Assembly (NCBI GenBank): GCA_047967505.1
Contig: CM106538.1
DNA length: 64,000 nucleotides
Source of the DNA: Dipteris shenzhenensis
Taxonomy: Eukaryota
Reading direction: 5' to 3' (one strand)
The position numbers and the translations under genes are program-made. The notes beneath the pieces were generated by a model. The model saw only the letters and a program-made list of their open reading frames with translations. It did not search any database and was not told the origin of the DNA. Each line of letters opens with the position of its first letter. Position 1 is the stretch's first letter. This document shows, piece after piece, positions 1-9,998 of the stretch.

Positions 1-1878
1 AATAGGTGTTCCCGCACGTCCCTGAGAGTCCACTGTGACGTGACAGTCACATTCTTAACATCTCCTAAATGAGAACCAATACATAAACTTACCCCTATAT
101 TATCATCATCGTTAGAGTCAAGGGGAAGCCAATTTTCACCTGTTTTCTTCCAGTGCCTATATTGGAAAGCAAAATATAACATTTGGCAGGAGATGTGGTA
201 CTTGATAACCACATTGTCCTTACATACATGGCATTGAAACAGATCACCCTTTTGTTCACATGACCTGCTTCCCCAATTCACCCCAAGCAATTCCTCAAGG
301 GCATTCTCATGTAGGCACTTGCATGACCACATGGTTTTTGTTCTGTGCATCTGGATATTATGAAAACAAGAAGCAAAAATGTGCAAAGGCATAAACCAAG
401 ACAACCTTACCCATTTAGAGCCAAATGTAAACTTCATGGCCATGCCCACATCCTTTGCAATCTTTTCCTTGTATGATTGCATTGTTCTTGTGTCCACCAT
501 GCTGCAATCCATGTCTTCAAGTTGTGGTGTTGCAATGCATTGAAGATGGCCATAGCCTGATGCCGTCCTTGGAGTAATGTACTTGGCATTATACCAATAG
601 ATATTTCTCTATTTCAAAGCAGAGGACTTCTCTCCAGCATGCATTTGCCTTCCTAAATCCTCATGAATGGCAGTAAACTTACCTAAGAAGCACTCGACTG
701 GTTCCCACTCCTCAAAGTCTGAAGGAAATACATCTGCTATGCACAAGTGCTATTTCAAAATACAATTTCAAACTGACTCATTACACTGGTTCTATTTCAA
801 AATACAATTTCAAGCTGACTCATTACACTTCAAAATCTTACACAAAATGCAGACTTATAATGTGATGGTATTGTCGATTGATTGCTTGAGGGAGGAAGGC
901 GCATGTCCTTCCCCATGTAGATGTGTTGCACCTTTGCAAGCAATCCTTTCTTCCCAAGCTTGAACTTCATGATGCGGCCCTTCCATTCATGCAAAAGATC
1001 ACCTCTTTTGCTCTTGGGAAGCTTATGTAGACCCTTGGCAGATCCTCTCATGACTATCCAATCATTCAAGTTGTAGGTGCAAGGCACCCATTCACCTAGT
1101 GCATTTTTGCTCTTGTGGGACACAGAGTACATGTATGGTCTCCTCACCATGCTTATACAGAGGTCATTACAGCAATAGTGGACTAGAAAGTGTAGCTTAG
1201 AGGGAGAGAGAAGCTCTGATAGAGGGAGAGAGAGGGAAAAGGTATAGAGGGTGCAACTGAAGCTTGAGAGAAGCTCCAAGAGGTGCTGTAGCTAGGAATG
1301 GAGGGAGAAAGAGTAGAGGGGGATGAGCAGCTGCTCCAGGAGGTGTTGTAGCTAGGAATTGAGGGAGAAAGAGCAGAGGGGGATGAAAAGCCAGTACAGG
1401 AGGTACTATAGCTAAGAATGGAGAAAGAAAGAGCAGAGGGGGATGATCAGCTGCTGCTATAGGAGGTGCTGTAGCTAGGAGTGGAGAGAGAATGATCAAC
1501 TACTACAAGAGGTGCTGGAGAGGGAGAAACACAGTGGACCAGAGCAGGAGGGGGTAGAGAAGATGCCAAATGTGTTCCCACATTTGAAAAATGGATGGAG
1601 AATGGAGTTGGATCAGAGAAGAGGAGGGGGCAGGCCTGTAACAAGCTGAGAGGAGGGAAAATTTCACCCAGAAGGGCCCACCGCCTCTTGAATGACTTGT
1701 AGGTTTTTTTGGGGGAGGTGCATATGGGAGAATGGTCAAGCATGGGTTGAGGGGGGGGGGATGGTTTGAGTGGTCCCCGGTGTAAGAGGAGTAGCCAATA
1801 GGGACTGTTTGTAGGTCTGCCCACCCTCCACCTCAACATGGCATTGCCCGACAAAAAGGAGCACTCCCATTGGTACAC
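1..1878 (-). pseudogene. Decayed intron-containing gene encoding a Ser/Pro-rich N-terminus and a BAH-like domain; runs off the left edge; probably transposon-borne
   Basis: Manual splicing: exon ending at 859 (..EWVPCTYNLNDWIVMRG..EWKGRIMKF..LLAKVQHIYM..), intron 734-858 with the donor mutated to ATAAGT, exon 411-733 (YVFPSDFEEWEPVECFLGKFTAIHED..NIYWYNAKY.., one TAG at 609-611), intron 351-410, then an open exon from 350 to a GTAAGT donor near 92. Reading phases are consistent across the junctions. Motif spacing resembles BAH. Confidence 0.55.
1274..1497. repeat. About 60-bp tandem repeat, ~3.7 copies (Ser-rich when read on the minus strand)
   Basis: Unit gaggtgctgtagctaggaatggagggagaaagagYagagggggatga.. 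recurs at 60-bp spacing on lines 1261, 1321, 1381 and 1441. Confidence 0.9.
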
Positions 1879-2201
1879 CTCAAATACATCACTAATCCCT
1901 TGAAATTAGGAAACACTAATTGGGGGCCCTTTGGAGACCCCAATTCTCCCCTAATGGATTTTTTTTAATGTGAAGGAAACAGATTGTAAATTTGGCCGTG
2001 AGAGAGCCAAGGGCATAGATTACATGAGGAGGGGGTTTTGAGATTGTGTTTCAAATTGCAAAGTAAATGAAATGGAGGGTTTGCATGAAAGAAAGCATGA
2101 AGGGTCCTCAATTTTCAACACTCATGAAAGCGACTTACTTTCAATGATGGGAGCAGGTTGTTGCTAGGAGAGCCTTTGAGAATGAGGACAACACTGACAA
2201 A

Positions 2202-2454
2202 ATTGTCCCTTTCTACTATTGGTTTTTCATGGGGAAAACATTAATGCTTGGAAAAAGAAATGGCCGTACAAGATGATAAACATTAAAGCTTGTCCCTTTC
2301 TACTATTGGTTTTACATGGGGAAAACATTAAAGCTTGGAAAAAGAAATGGCCGTACAAGACGATAAACATTAAAGCTTATCCCTTTCTACTATTGGTTTT
2401 ACATGGGGAAAACATTAAAGCTTGGAAAAAGAAATGGCCGTACAAGATGATAAA
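2202..2454 (+). repeat. 87-bp tandem repeat x3
   Basis: ccctttctactattggtttt.catggggaaaacattaa.gcttggaaaaagaaatggccgtacaaga.gataaa occurs three times; seen as a 29-aa repeat in ORF 2219..2611. Confidence 0.95.
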
Positions 2455-2459
2455 TAAGA

Positions 2460-3860
2460 AGGCAAAGGGGAAGAATGAAAGTGAAACAAGATTAGCCACA
2501 AAATCTACCCCTACAGCTATCCAAAGTGTTGCAAGAATTGGTTGTAAACGACGTTGTTGTGAAGTTGTTGATCGAGAAATGGTTTTGAATATTCAAATGA
2601 AACATGAATGACATTTATAGAAACCTTGAACATTAGAAAGGGTTGAGGACCATATTAGTGAATTGACATTCTTCATAGGAGACATGAGTGTTTGCAAGGC
2701 TTGGTACATGATACATGGAAATTCCAAAGAAAACTTTCTATAGGTAGAAGCAACAATATGATCCTAGAGTGTGAAAATCAATGCATGGAAATAAGGAGCT
2801 ATATGGAACCGAATGGCAAGTGGAGGTGGAAGAAGCCGTGAATCCTCAAGGATTTGAGCATTCTAAAGCAAGAAATCATGAGGTGTACCTTTGACATGAC
2901 ATGATGTTGCAGAGGGTTCAGATTTTCCTATGAAGAAGAGAATCCAGAGATGGATCCTTGGAAAAACTTTAAAACCAAGATGATTCAAGTCTTGATTGAG
3001 CAATGGCTCGATGAAGCAGAGTATCCATTCATAGGATATTATGTACTCCCTCGATGGATCGAGGATGGTTAAAACAAAGATGCAACCACCTAGTCTATCC
3101 ATGATCGTGAGCATGAAAGAGATGAAGATATAGGTAGAGGCATGTGGTCTTCTGAATGAAAATAGATACTTGTTTGCATTCTTGTCCTTGCTTGTTGCGT
3201 ATGGAGTCTTTTAAATGGCCCTAGTTGAATTCTTGATGGTGGGACAAACACATGATAACATTGAAGCATTGTTTAGGCAGCTCTTAGAGGAATTAAAAAC
3301 GAATTAACTTTCACATTTGATGTGATCCTTCAATGAATGCCAAAACTCTCCTCCGTCCCCATTAGTGTTTAATAATGGGTTTAAAAGGCCTAGAGGATCA
3401 TGATTATGTCCTAAGAGAGAGAATAATTCAACTTGGAGGTGAACATGAAACAAAATGACTTCATTTAGATCAAGCCAAGTGATTATATATATCTAGTTTT
3501 GCTAGGTATTGCATTGCCAGATGTGGATACAAAAAAAGGTATCTACTATGTATATTATGGTATCTGCAATATTCGTGATGCAGTATAGTATGCAAATTAC
3601 TAGAACGATGTGTGGCCATGTATTAGGGATGATATGCAAATTACGAGAATGAAGTGTGGCCATATATTGGGGATGAAGGCTATTTGTTGGTATGGAGTTG
3701 GAGCAAAATAGTTCCAATCTTTAAAGTACAAGAACATCTTCCAATGGCTAAGAAAAAGTGAAAAGGATGATGTGGTTGACAATTTTCTCCAGGATGAATA
3801 GTGAAAATTCATGCAAAAAGCAGAAGTTCATAAGAGCAAAAGGCCAATGTCTAAAGTAAG
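2460..3860 (+). pseudogene. Sola-like (DUF7869-type) DDD DNA-transposase remnant
   Basis: Broken reading frames give GCKRRCCEVVDRE, GDMSVCKAWYMIHGIPKKTFYR (~2680-2745), HGNK, and from 3155 NENRYLFAFLSLLVAYGVF*MALVEFLMVGQTHDNIEALFRQL. The last matches the ENKN..F.VGHTH.DID..F signature of Sola-type transposases. Several stops and deletions. Confidence 0.7.
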
Positions 3861-5713
3861 TCCAAAAGGCTACACTTAGTTGCTACTCTTGGAGAGCCCC
3901 AAATTCATGATATTTATTATTTTGACCAACGTAGTATGCATATTTGTTACTTGACTAACAAGTGAGTACAAGTACTCATGAGCACTGGTTCTATCAAAGG
4001 AAAACAATTGTCAAGATGAATGAATGATTAATTTGCAACACATGTGATGGAAGCCCATGTATAGGAAAGTTCAAATGTTTTGCAAACTCCGTGAGAGAGA
4101 GAGAGGGAGAGAGAGAGGGAGAGAACCAAAATAACAGGGGGTCACGTGGCGAAAAATGATGTGGGACACTTTTTTAAGAAAAGTGAAACGATAGCTTTGC
4201 CAATGCTAACAAAAAGGTGTTCCACACTCATAGCTCATAATAACCCCAGTGGGTGACAATTGGTGTGCGAATATTGGTGTGAACGGTTCTAGACCCTCGC
4301 TCGAGTGTATAGGCATAACTGAACTACATCATTGGGCCCACTAGAGTTTTTTCTCGTATCTTGCTAATGTAACTAAATGAGCTAGTACACTCGCACTAAG
4401 ATGATTGTGTTGGGATGCTCTTGCGTGTTGGTCAAGTATCCACAAATGCACACGAACATACACGCTCTCGCTCTCTTTCACTCAAATGCACCTCTCTCTT
4501 GAGGTTCCAAGGCTCTCTCTTGTGTGACACATAGAGGAGGACGAGATGCTGAATGAGCTAGGACAATAACAGTATATGGCTGGATGCTCTTGCATGTCAT
4601 ATGTGAATGGACACTCTCTCTCTCTCTCCCCACGCCGTCGGTGCTTAATGGCAAAATCTATTCACACGACTTTGCAATGGAGAGCCCTCGGTCTACGAGT
4701 TGCTTCTATAGAGCTCCTGCAGCTACAAAAACTTCCATGTGGAGGTGATAACGTATGCTTTGATTGTTTATTACCAGTGGACATGGGGTGGCGCAATGAC
4801 GCTGAGTTTGGCACCTCAAAAATGGAGGATGCGATCTTGAACACTAGTGGCGCATAGTATGCTCCCTCCAATTTCCTCCCGTGCACCAATTTCAAGCACA
4901 GCCAACCGCGCTCATTTGAAGTGTGTGCAGTGGCTCTTAGCTGCCTATCAATGTATGCCTGTATTCACAAATCCCCTCGAATCTCTTTAAAGCTCAAGTG
5001 TGAAACATTTGGCTGCAGTTGCATTAAACACAACCAAGCGAAAGCTAAAGACAAACATGCCAGCAAGATAACGTCAACAAAATCTGAATTTGGCAAGGGG
5101 ATTAATGAGGGGGCGGCAAACAAAGCGCGAGCTCCTACAAACAAAACTGGCCACACATGCTTATCTGATCCAAATGAAAGCATCAAAATGTCATCTCCAG
5201 CAAAGACACTGGCTTCCTTTTCTACTTTTAAGTACTGAATGAGAACCCCAGATTGCAAGATGCCAGCCTTCCGTGCATAAAACCCACTTTATCACATTCC
5301 CCAGATCGCCTAACTCAGGCCATCAGCAATAACAAGGAGTAGAACAATTTAGGCAACACCGCACTGACATCCTAATGCAGATATGACTGCTGTTGGCTGC
5401 GAGTTCCCAAATCCCAATGCCTTCGAAACCTCAATGAGAAAAAGCCGACTGCCTCTGAAGGTGGAGGCGTTCGGAGTCCAACCAACCATGAAAGCTGCAT
5501 AGATCAACCACTTGAGGGCTATAGCAGCGGCGAGAGTGTCAGATCTTTCACCGGTACTCCAGTTCGTACCGTGTACATAATGGGGATGGAAAACTTCAAG
5601 CGTTCTGCAGCGAAGCCAGAAGATGTTCCTCCATGTAGTGATCTTAAGCTAAACAGAAGTTTAAGCATATAAATTTTGCAGCTTGCTGAGGAAAGATCCT
5701 GCTCGTGAGCACC

Positions 5714-6397
5714 TCAGGGGGGACCATAGCTCTTATTTAACCTCTCTTGATACCGCATGAAAGAGTCCAAACGTTGCAGTTTCATTTTCTGCTTAAACCT
5801 GCCGATAAAGTCCTCCGCTTGCTTGTCAACCTCCCCGCTTTCAGTATAACCCGAATCATTTTCAGGATAATCCCCCACCACCACTCCGGAACGAGGCTTA
5901 GAGTGGGAGGTGGACTCGAAGGTGCCAGACTTCTTGAGGCGAGACGCAGTGACTTCAGTCTTCTTGGGCGGGAGAACCTGGTCAGATTTGCTTCTGAACA
6001 AGCGGACATGGGCAGGAACGAACAATTTACCTTCAGATCGAGCAGCAGCAGCGGGCTTCTCGTCCCGACGGGAGCCAGAGCGACGAATCGGTTCCGACGA
6101 GCGGCGGCTGGCATCGTGGGCGCGGGCGTCGTCGTCGTCCGACGCTGAACCAGGGGCGGTACTACGGGGGGGCATCATGCCGGAGGAGAGGTAGAGGGCA
6201 CCGACGACGAGGTTGAGGAGGACGAAGAGGAAGGGGGCGGTGAACCAGCGTTGGAGGGAGGACCAGAGGCGGGGGAGGGTGAGGGTGAGGAAGGGGAGGA
6301 GGAAGGGGTGGAGGTAAGCGAGGGCGAAGGAGAGGGAGAAGAGGGAGGAGAGGAGGAGGAGGAGCTTGAGCCAGGGGGAGAGGGAGGAGGAAGCCAT
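5714..6397 (-). CDS. DUF4408 + DUF761 (cotton fibre expressed / PAMP-induced A70-like) membrane-anchored protein, 227 aa, single exon
   Basis: Intact GC-rich ORF with a hydrophobic N-terminus, DUF4408-like WSSLQRWFTAPFLFVLLNLVVGALYLSSG and C-terminal DUF761 motif EVDKQAEDFIGRFKQKMKLQRLDS. Confidence 0.9.
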   Translation of the reverse strand: MASSSLSPWLKLLLLLSSLFSLSFALAYLHPFLLPFLTLTLPRLWSSLQRWFTAPFLFVLLNLVVGALYLSSGMMPPRSTAPGSASDDDDARAHDASRRSSEPIRRSGSRRDEKPAAAARSEGKLFVPAHVRLFRSKSDQVLPPKKTEVTASRLKKSGTFESTSHSKPRSGVVVGDYPENDSGYTESGEVDKQAEDFIGRFKQKMKLQRLDSFMRYQERLNKSYGPP

Positions 6398-6532
6398 AGC
6401 TGAAAAACAGAGAAGCAGAACAAGAAGAAGAAGACGACGACGACTGAGAGCTTAAAAGGTAGTATGAAGTTTATTATTGAATGTAGTGTCCTGTACATGA
6501 AAGCAAAGATTGCAGGGACAGAGAAAGCGCCT

Positions 6533-6643
6533 GGCTGCTGGCCATTCCCTGTCGATGAACACAAAGCCAGAACGTCGACGGGCTGCTGGCCATTCCTGTA
6601 CCTGAAAGCGACCCACGGAAAGTCGATGGGCTGCGGGCCATTC
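6533..6643 (-). repeat. Three copies of a 15-bp motif at an exact 48-bp period upstream of the DUF761 gene
   Basis: ggctgctggccattc at 6533 and 6581; ggctgcgggccattc at 6629. The spacers are largely dissimilar. Confidence 0.85.
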
Positions 6644-6758
6644 TCTTAGATAAACAGGACCCCACCCATGTGGCCGGCCCCACCGCGCCCGGAACTTGTA
6701 CTTCGGTTTCCTGTACAGTAACACCGAACGCACTAGGTCGCCCCCCCTCCCATCGCTA

Positions 6759-6808
6759 GCCACGTGTAAGCCCATTCCGCACCTGGTCCAATCGTTTTCT
6801 GCCACGTA
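6759..6808 (-). promoter_or_regulatory. Pair of G-box/ABRE elements upstream of the DUF761 gene
   Basis: ACACGTGGC (minus strand, 6759-6767, CACGTG core 6761-6766) and TACGTGGC (6801-6808), about 360-410 bp upstream of the ATG. Confidence 0.5.
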
Positions 6809-7581
6809 TGCGTTTTCTGTGTTCCTTTACCAACGTCGTTAACTCCGTCATAAATTAATACGAAAAGAAAATTGCAGCCCCTGGACAGTCTTCCCTCGCT
6901 TTTAGAAAAGAAAAGCAACGGCGAAGTTCCCGCCGACTCAACATGATCACTTCTCATCTCCAACTCTTGAGGCCCCACCCACCTCCACCTCCACCTCCAC
7001 CTCCACCATCCCCACCCCCCTCCTCGGACCCATTGCCTCTGTCCCCTCACCTTGTCCTCCTCGTTTCTCCTCCAAGCAAAGTGTCTCTCTTGCTAGGAGC
7101 ATAGCATCCAATGATTGATTGCTCAAATGCTCATCTCTCCCTAATCACCACACATAAGACACATCTTATACTTTTTCATCACAACATTACACATCTCTTT
7201 TGTCAATATTAGTTACAAAACGTGCACAAATGAAGCATATAGTGTTGCCTTTGAGTAAGATCCCACCAAGTACCAAGCTACACAAAGTACAAACACTCTA
7301 ACAACTCTTGTCTATTATATAATGAGATGGAGGCATAGATCCATTCCCTTATTCAATATTTCTCTTATCAAGTCTATTAGATAATGGACTCCTAGAAAGG
7401 ATCCATTACCTACGCATTACAATTTCTTGTACATTTAATGCCCACTTTACATCCTAAACACTAGGAATTATAGTAACACTATAAGACCCACTCCCCTTTA
7501 GCACTACATCCTGCAAAAAGCCTAAGGCATCATTTAATGGGCCCATCATGATGCTTACCTTGCTTTTTCATCTAGCACTAG

Positions 7582-7584
<3 letters not shown>

Positions 7585-7637
<53 letters not shown>
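7585..7637. repeat. (CT)n microsatellite
   Basis: Direct reading of the sequence. Confidence 0.95.
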
Positions 7638-7638
<1 letters not shown>

Positions 7639-7692
7639 TATGATGCTTGACTTGTTTTTCATCTAGCAGGTTAGACATCTGCTACTAGAAGA

Positions 7693-7938
7693 CTTCACAT
7701 TGGCACTTGCCATAACTTCTCTTAACCACCTACAAGTACCAACACTTGTTATAACTTCTCTTCACCACCTGCAGGTACCAAGACTTGTCATGACTCATAA
7801 CTTACTTCACATTGGCACTTGCCATAACTTCTCTTGACCACCTACAAGTACCAACACTTGTTATAACTTCTCTTCACCACCTGCAGGTACCAAGACTTGT
7901 CATGACTCATAACTTCCCTTGACCACCTACAAGTACCA
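7693..7938. repeat. About 112-bp tandem duplication built from ~38-bp subrepeats
   Basis: cttcacattggcacttgccataacttctctt.accacctacaagtacc.. occurs twice; the subunit cataacttctctt.accacct.ca.gtacc occurs five times. Confidence 0.9.
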
Positions 7939-9499
7939 GCTTCTTCCATGCTAGTGTTGGCCTTGGACTTCTATTTTCATCCCATCTAATGCATATGTTT
8001 GTTTGTTTGCCACCATTATGAGTTGGCCTTTTTCTGTTTTTGGTTTTCACATTCTTACCATATGTTAAATCCTATACTACGACCGTCTAGATTCTCTATA
8101 AACCACAAATGGGCTAGTCATTCATTCTCCATTGGGTTGGCAATCACATGCTTTGTGGCAATTCTGTTGCTTTCTATTATTTGGCTTCACATTATGGAAG
8201 GTTCTCTTGATCGATGTTAATGTATTATAACTATCATTGGCTTGACATTGACGAGTTTTTGATGAACACTTGGTTTGTCCTTATTGTGGTCAAATCTTTC
8301 TCACAAAGCATATGGTCAATGGTTAATTAGATTGTGGTCTCTTCTGCATAGGCAACTTTGTTCAATATAGCATGACTTTTTCAAGGTGTCTCTTTCTAGC
8401 TTAGTAATGTGGATATTCTTTAAGGACTTTCTTTCAAATGACCAAAATAATAGAAACCCTCATCTTCACGTGTATTTTGGTGGCCTTGAAATCTTGGTCA
8501 CCCAAGTGATTTATATCATACTTTACCTTTCCTATGTCTCTTGGGTTTTGTGCCATGGGCAATGCTATTTGCATTGATTGATGATGTTTGACTCTCTAAC
8601 ATGCTCTCACACATTTGGCCATACACAAGTGGCTTTTCTTTATTGTTATCTTTTTTTTTGTAAAGAAATCATATGGGTAGAGGAATATCTCTTGGGTTAA
8701 AAAGAATTGGGAAGTTTTTTAATGGTTTCAAAAGGGTATCTTGCCAAAATCCCATGAAAATCCATCGTGGTTATACAAACATCATGTTTGCAAAGTGATC
8801 TAGAATATGGAAAGTACCTTTAACTTGGTGTTTTCCACAAAAGATTATCTCACCATCTTTGTTTTAAAAAATCCTTGTTTTGGATGACAACTGGGGGCCT
8901 CTACTCCCAATCTTCTCGATGGCTGGTTGTGTTCTACTAGACGGACGTACATTAGAATCTTCCACCTTCAACAAGTCTCAAAGATAGATTACTAAGTGGT
9001 GACAAAGTTGTTTTATATTATTTCCGTGATATACAACCATATGCTTTTTATAATATAGTTTTACACATGTGACCAGTGTGTAATGATTCGTGGTTTTCAT
9101 TATGAGTAAGTTTTAACTTTTTTAGTTGCAAAGTTTTAGTTGTAGAAGTCATGTGTAGGTCATAATGGTTGTTTGTAGGTACCTGGCTTTGCATTGGCCT
9201 CTTGCTCTCTATTCTTTGCTTTTGCTGATCGGTGTAGAGTTGCTTGCCTCTATAGACTATGTTGAGCATCGCATAGCTTGATGGTTGCTTGAAGATTGTT
9301 GCTTGCTATGGGCCATCCATCATGTGACATGCTTGCTTTCCTTCTTAGTTGTTGTGTTGCTTGCTGACTATAGTCATCTGCTTTCCTGTCTATTTGCCAT
9401 TTGTGTCTGTTGATGTTGTTGAGTGATGAGTCTTTGCTTGTTTCTTTTGGCACTCTTTTGACTTTGTAGCCTTTGCTCCTGGAAAAAGTCATAGTATAT

Positions 9500-9998
9500 T
9501 GGTCAAAGATAAGATCTGAGAGATATCACACGAAATAAAGACTAGGCTATATACAAAGAAAAATTAGAAACCTTGAAAATGAAACTTACAAGGGTGATGA
9601 AATTGAAGTAGAAGGAAGAAATCCTTACAAAGATGGAGGATAACCTCCAAAATCTCTCACCAATACCTCAATGAACACAAAGAAGAGAGGAGAACTAAAA
9701 TGAAGATAACTAGAGATCAAAATGACCGAGCAAAGAGCTTTTTTATTAGAAGGAGCTCTACAAGAGATGAAGATGCCTTAAGAAAGAGGGCTTTTGTCTT
9801 GACACAGAAAGGGCTTATGCCTTGATGATGGCAAGGGTTTGCACTCTCTCACAATGGATAGAACATGAGTGGCTCAGATACCATGTTGGAGAATTAGGGG
9901 GGCTATACAGTATCTATGGTAGACCATGCTGTATTGATCATAAACATGAATAAATACATGAATCCCTTAAAGCTAGGGTTAGGGCTTGACCCTATACA
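9500..9998 (-). mobile_element. LTR-retrotransposon 5' remnant (LTR, PBS and leader)
   Basis: Met-tRNA-type PBS TGGTATCTGAGCC (minus strand, 9871-9883) directly abuts a TGTTGG.. terminus at 9884. The far LTR end (~9998, ..ataCA) is tentative and no partner LTR was found. Confidence 0.45.

Noticed and set aside
2219-2611. 130-aa ORF with KAWKKKWPYK repeats as a standalone peptide gene
   Set aside because: Produced by an 87-bp tandem triplication running into the transposase remnant; TTG start.
4576-5258. ORFs of 77-105 aa downstream of the DUF761 gene
   Set aside because: No recognisable motifs; overlapping on both strands; likely 3' flank.
5747-6564. Overlapping ORFs 5747..6148, 5782..6114, 5910..6194 and 6175..6564
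   Set aside because: Shadow frames of the GC-rich DUF761 CDS.
6533-6643. CRISPR-like repeat-spacer pattern
   Set aside because: Only three 15-bp repeats, in a eukaryotic promoter, with no cas genes; kept as a regulatory-motif finding instead.
7950-9500. Possible decayed retroelement coding region
   Set aside because: Too degraded to read any diagnostic motif; left unannotated.
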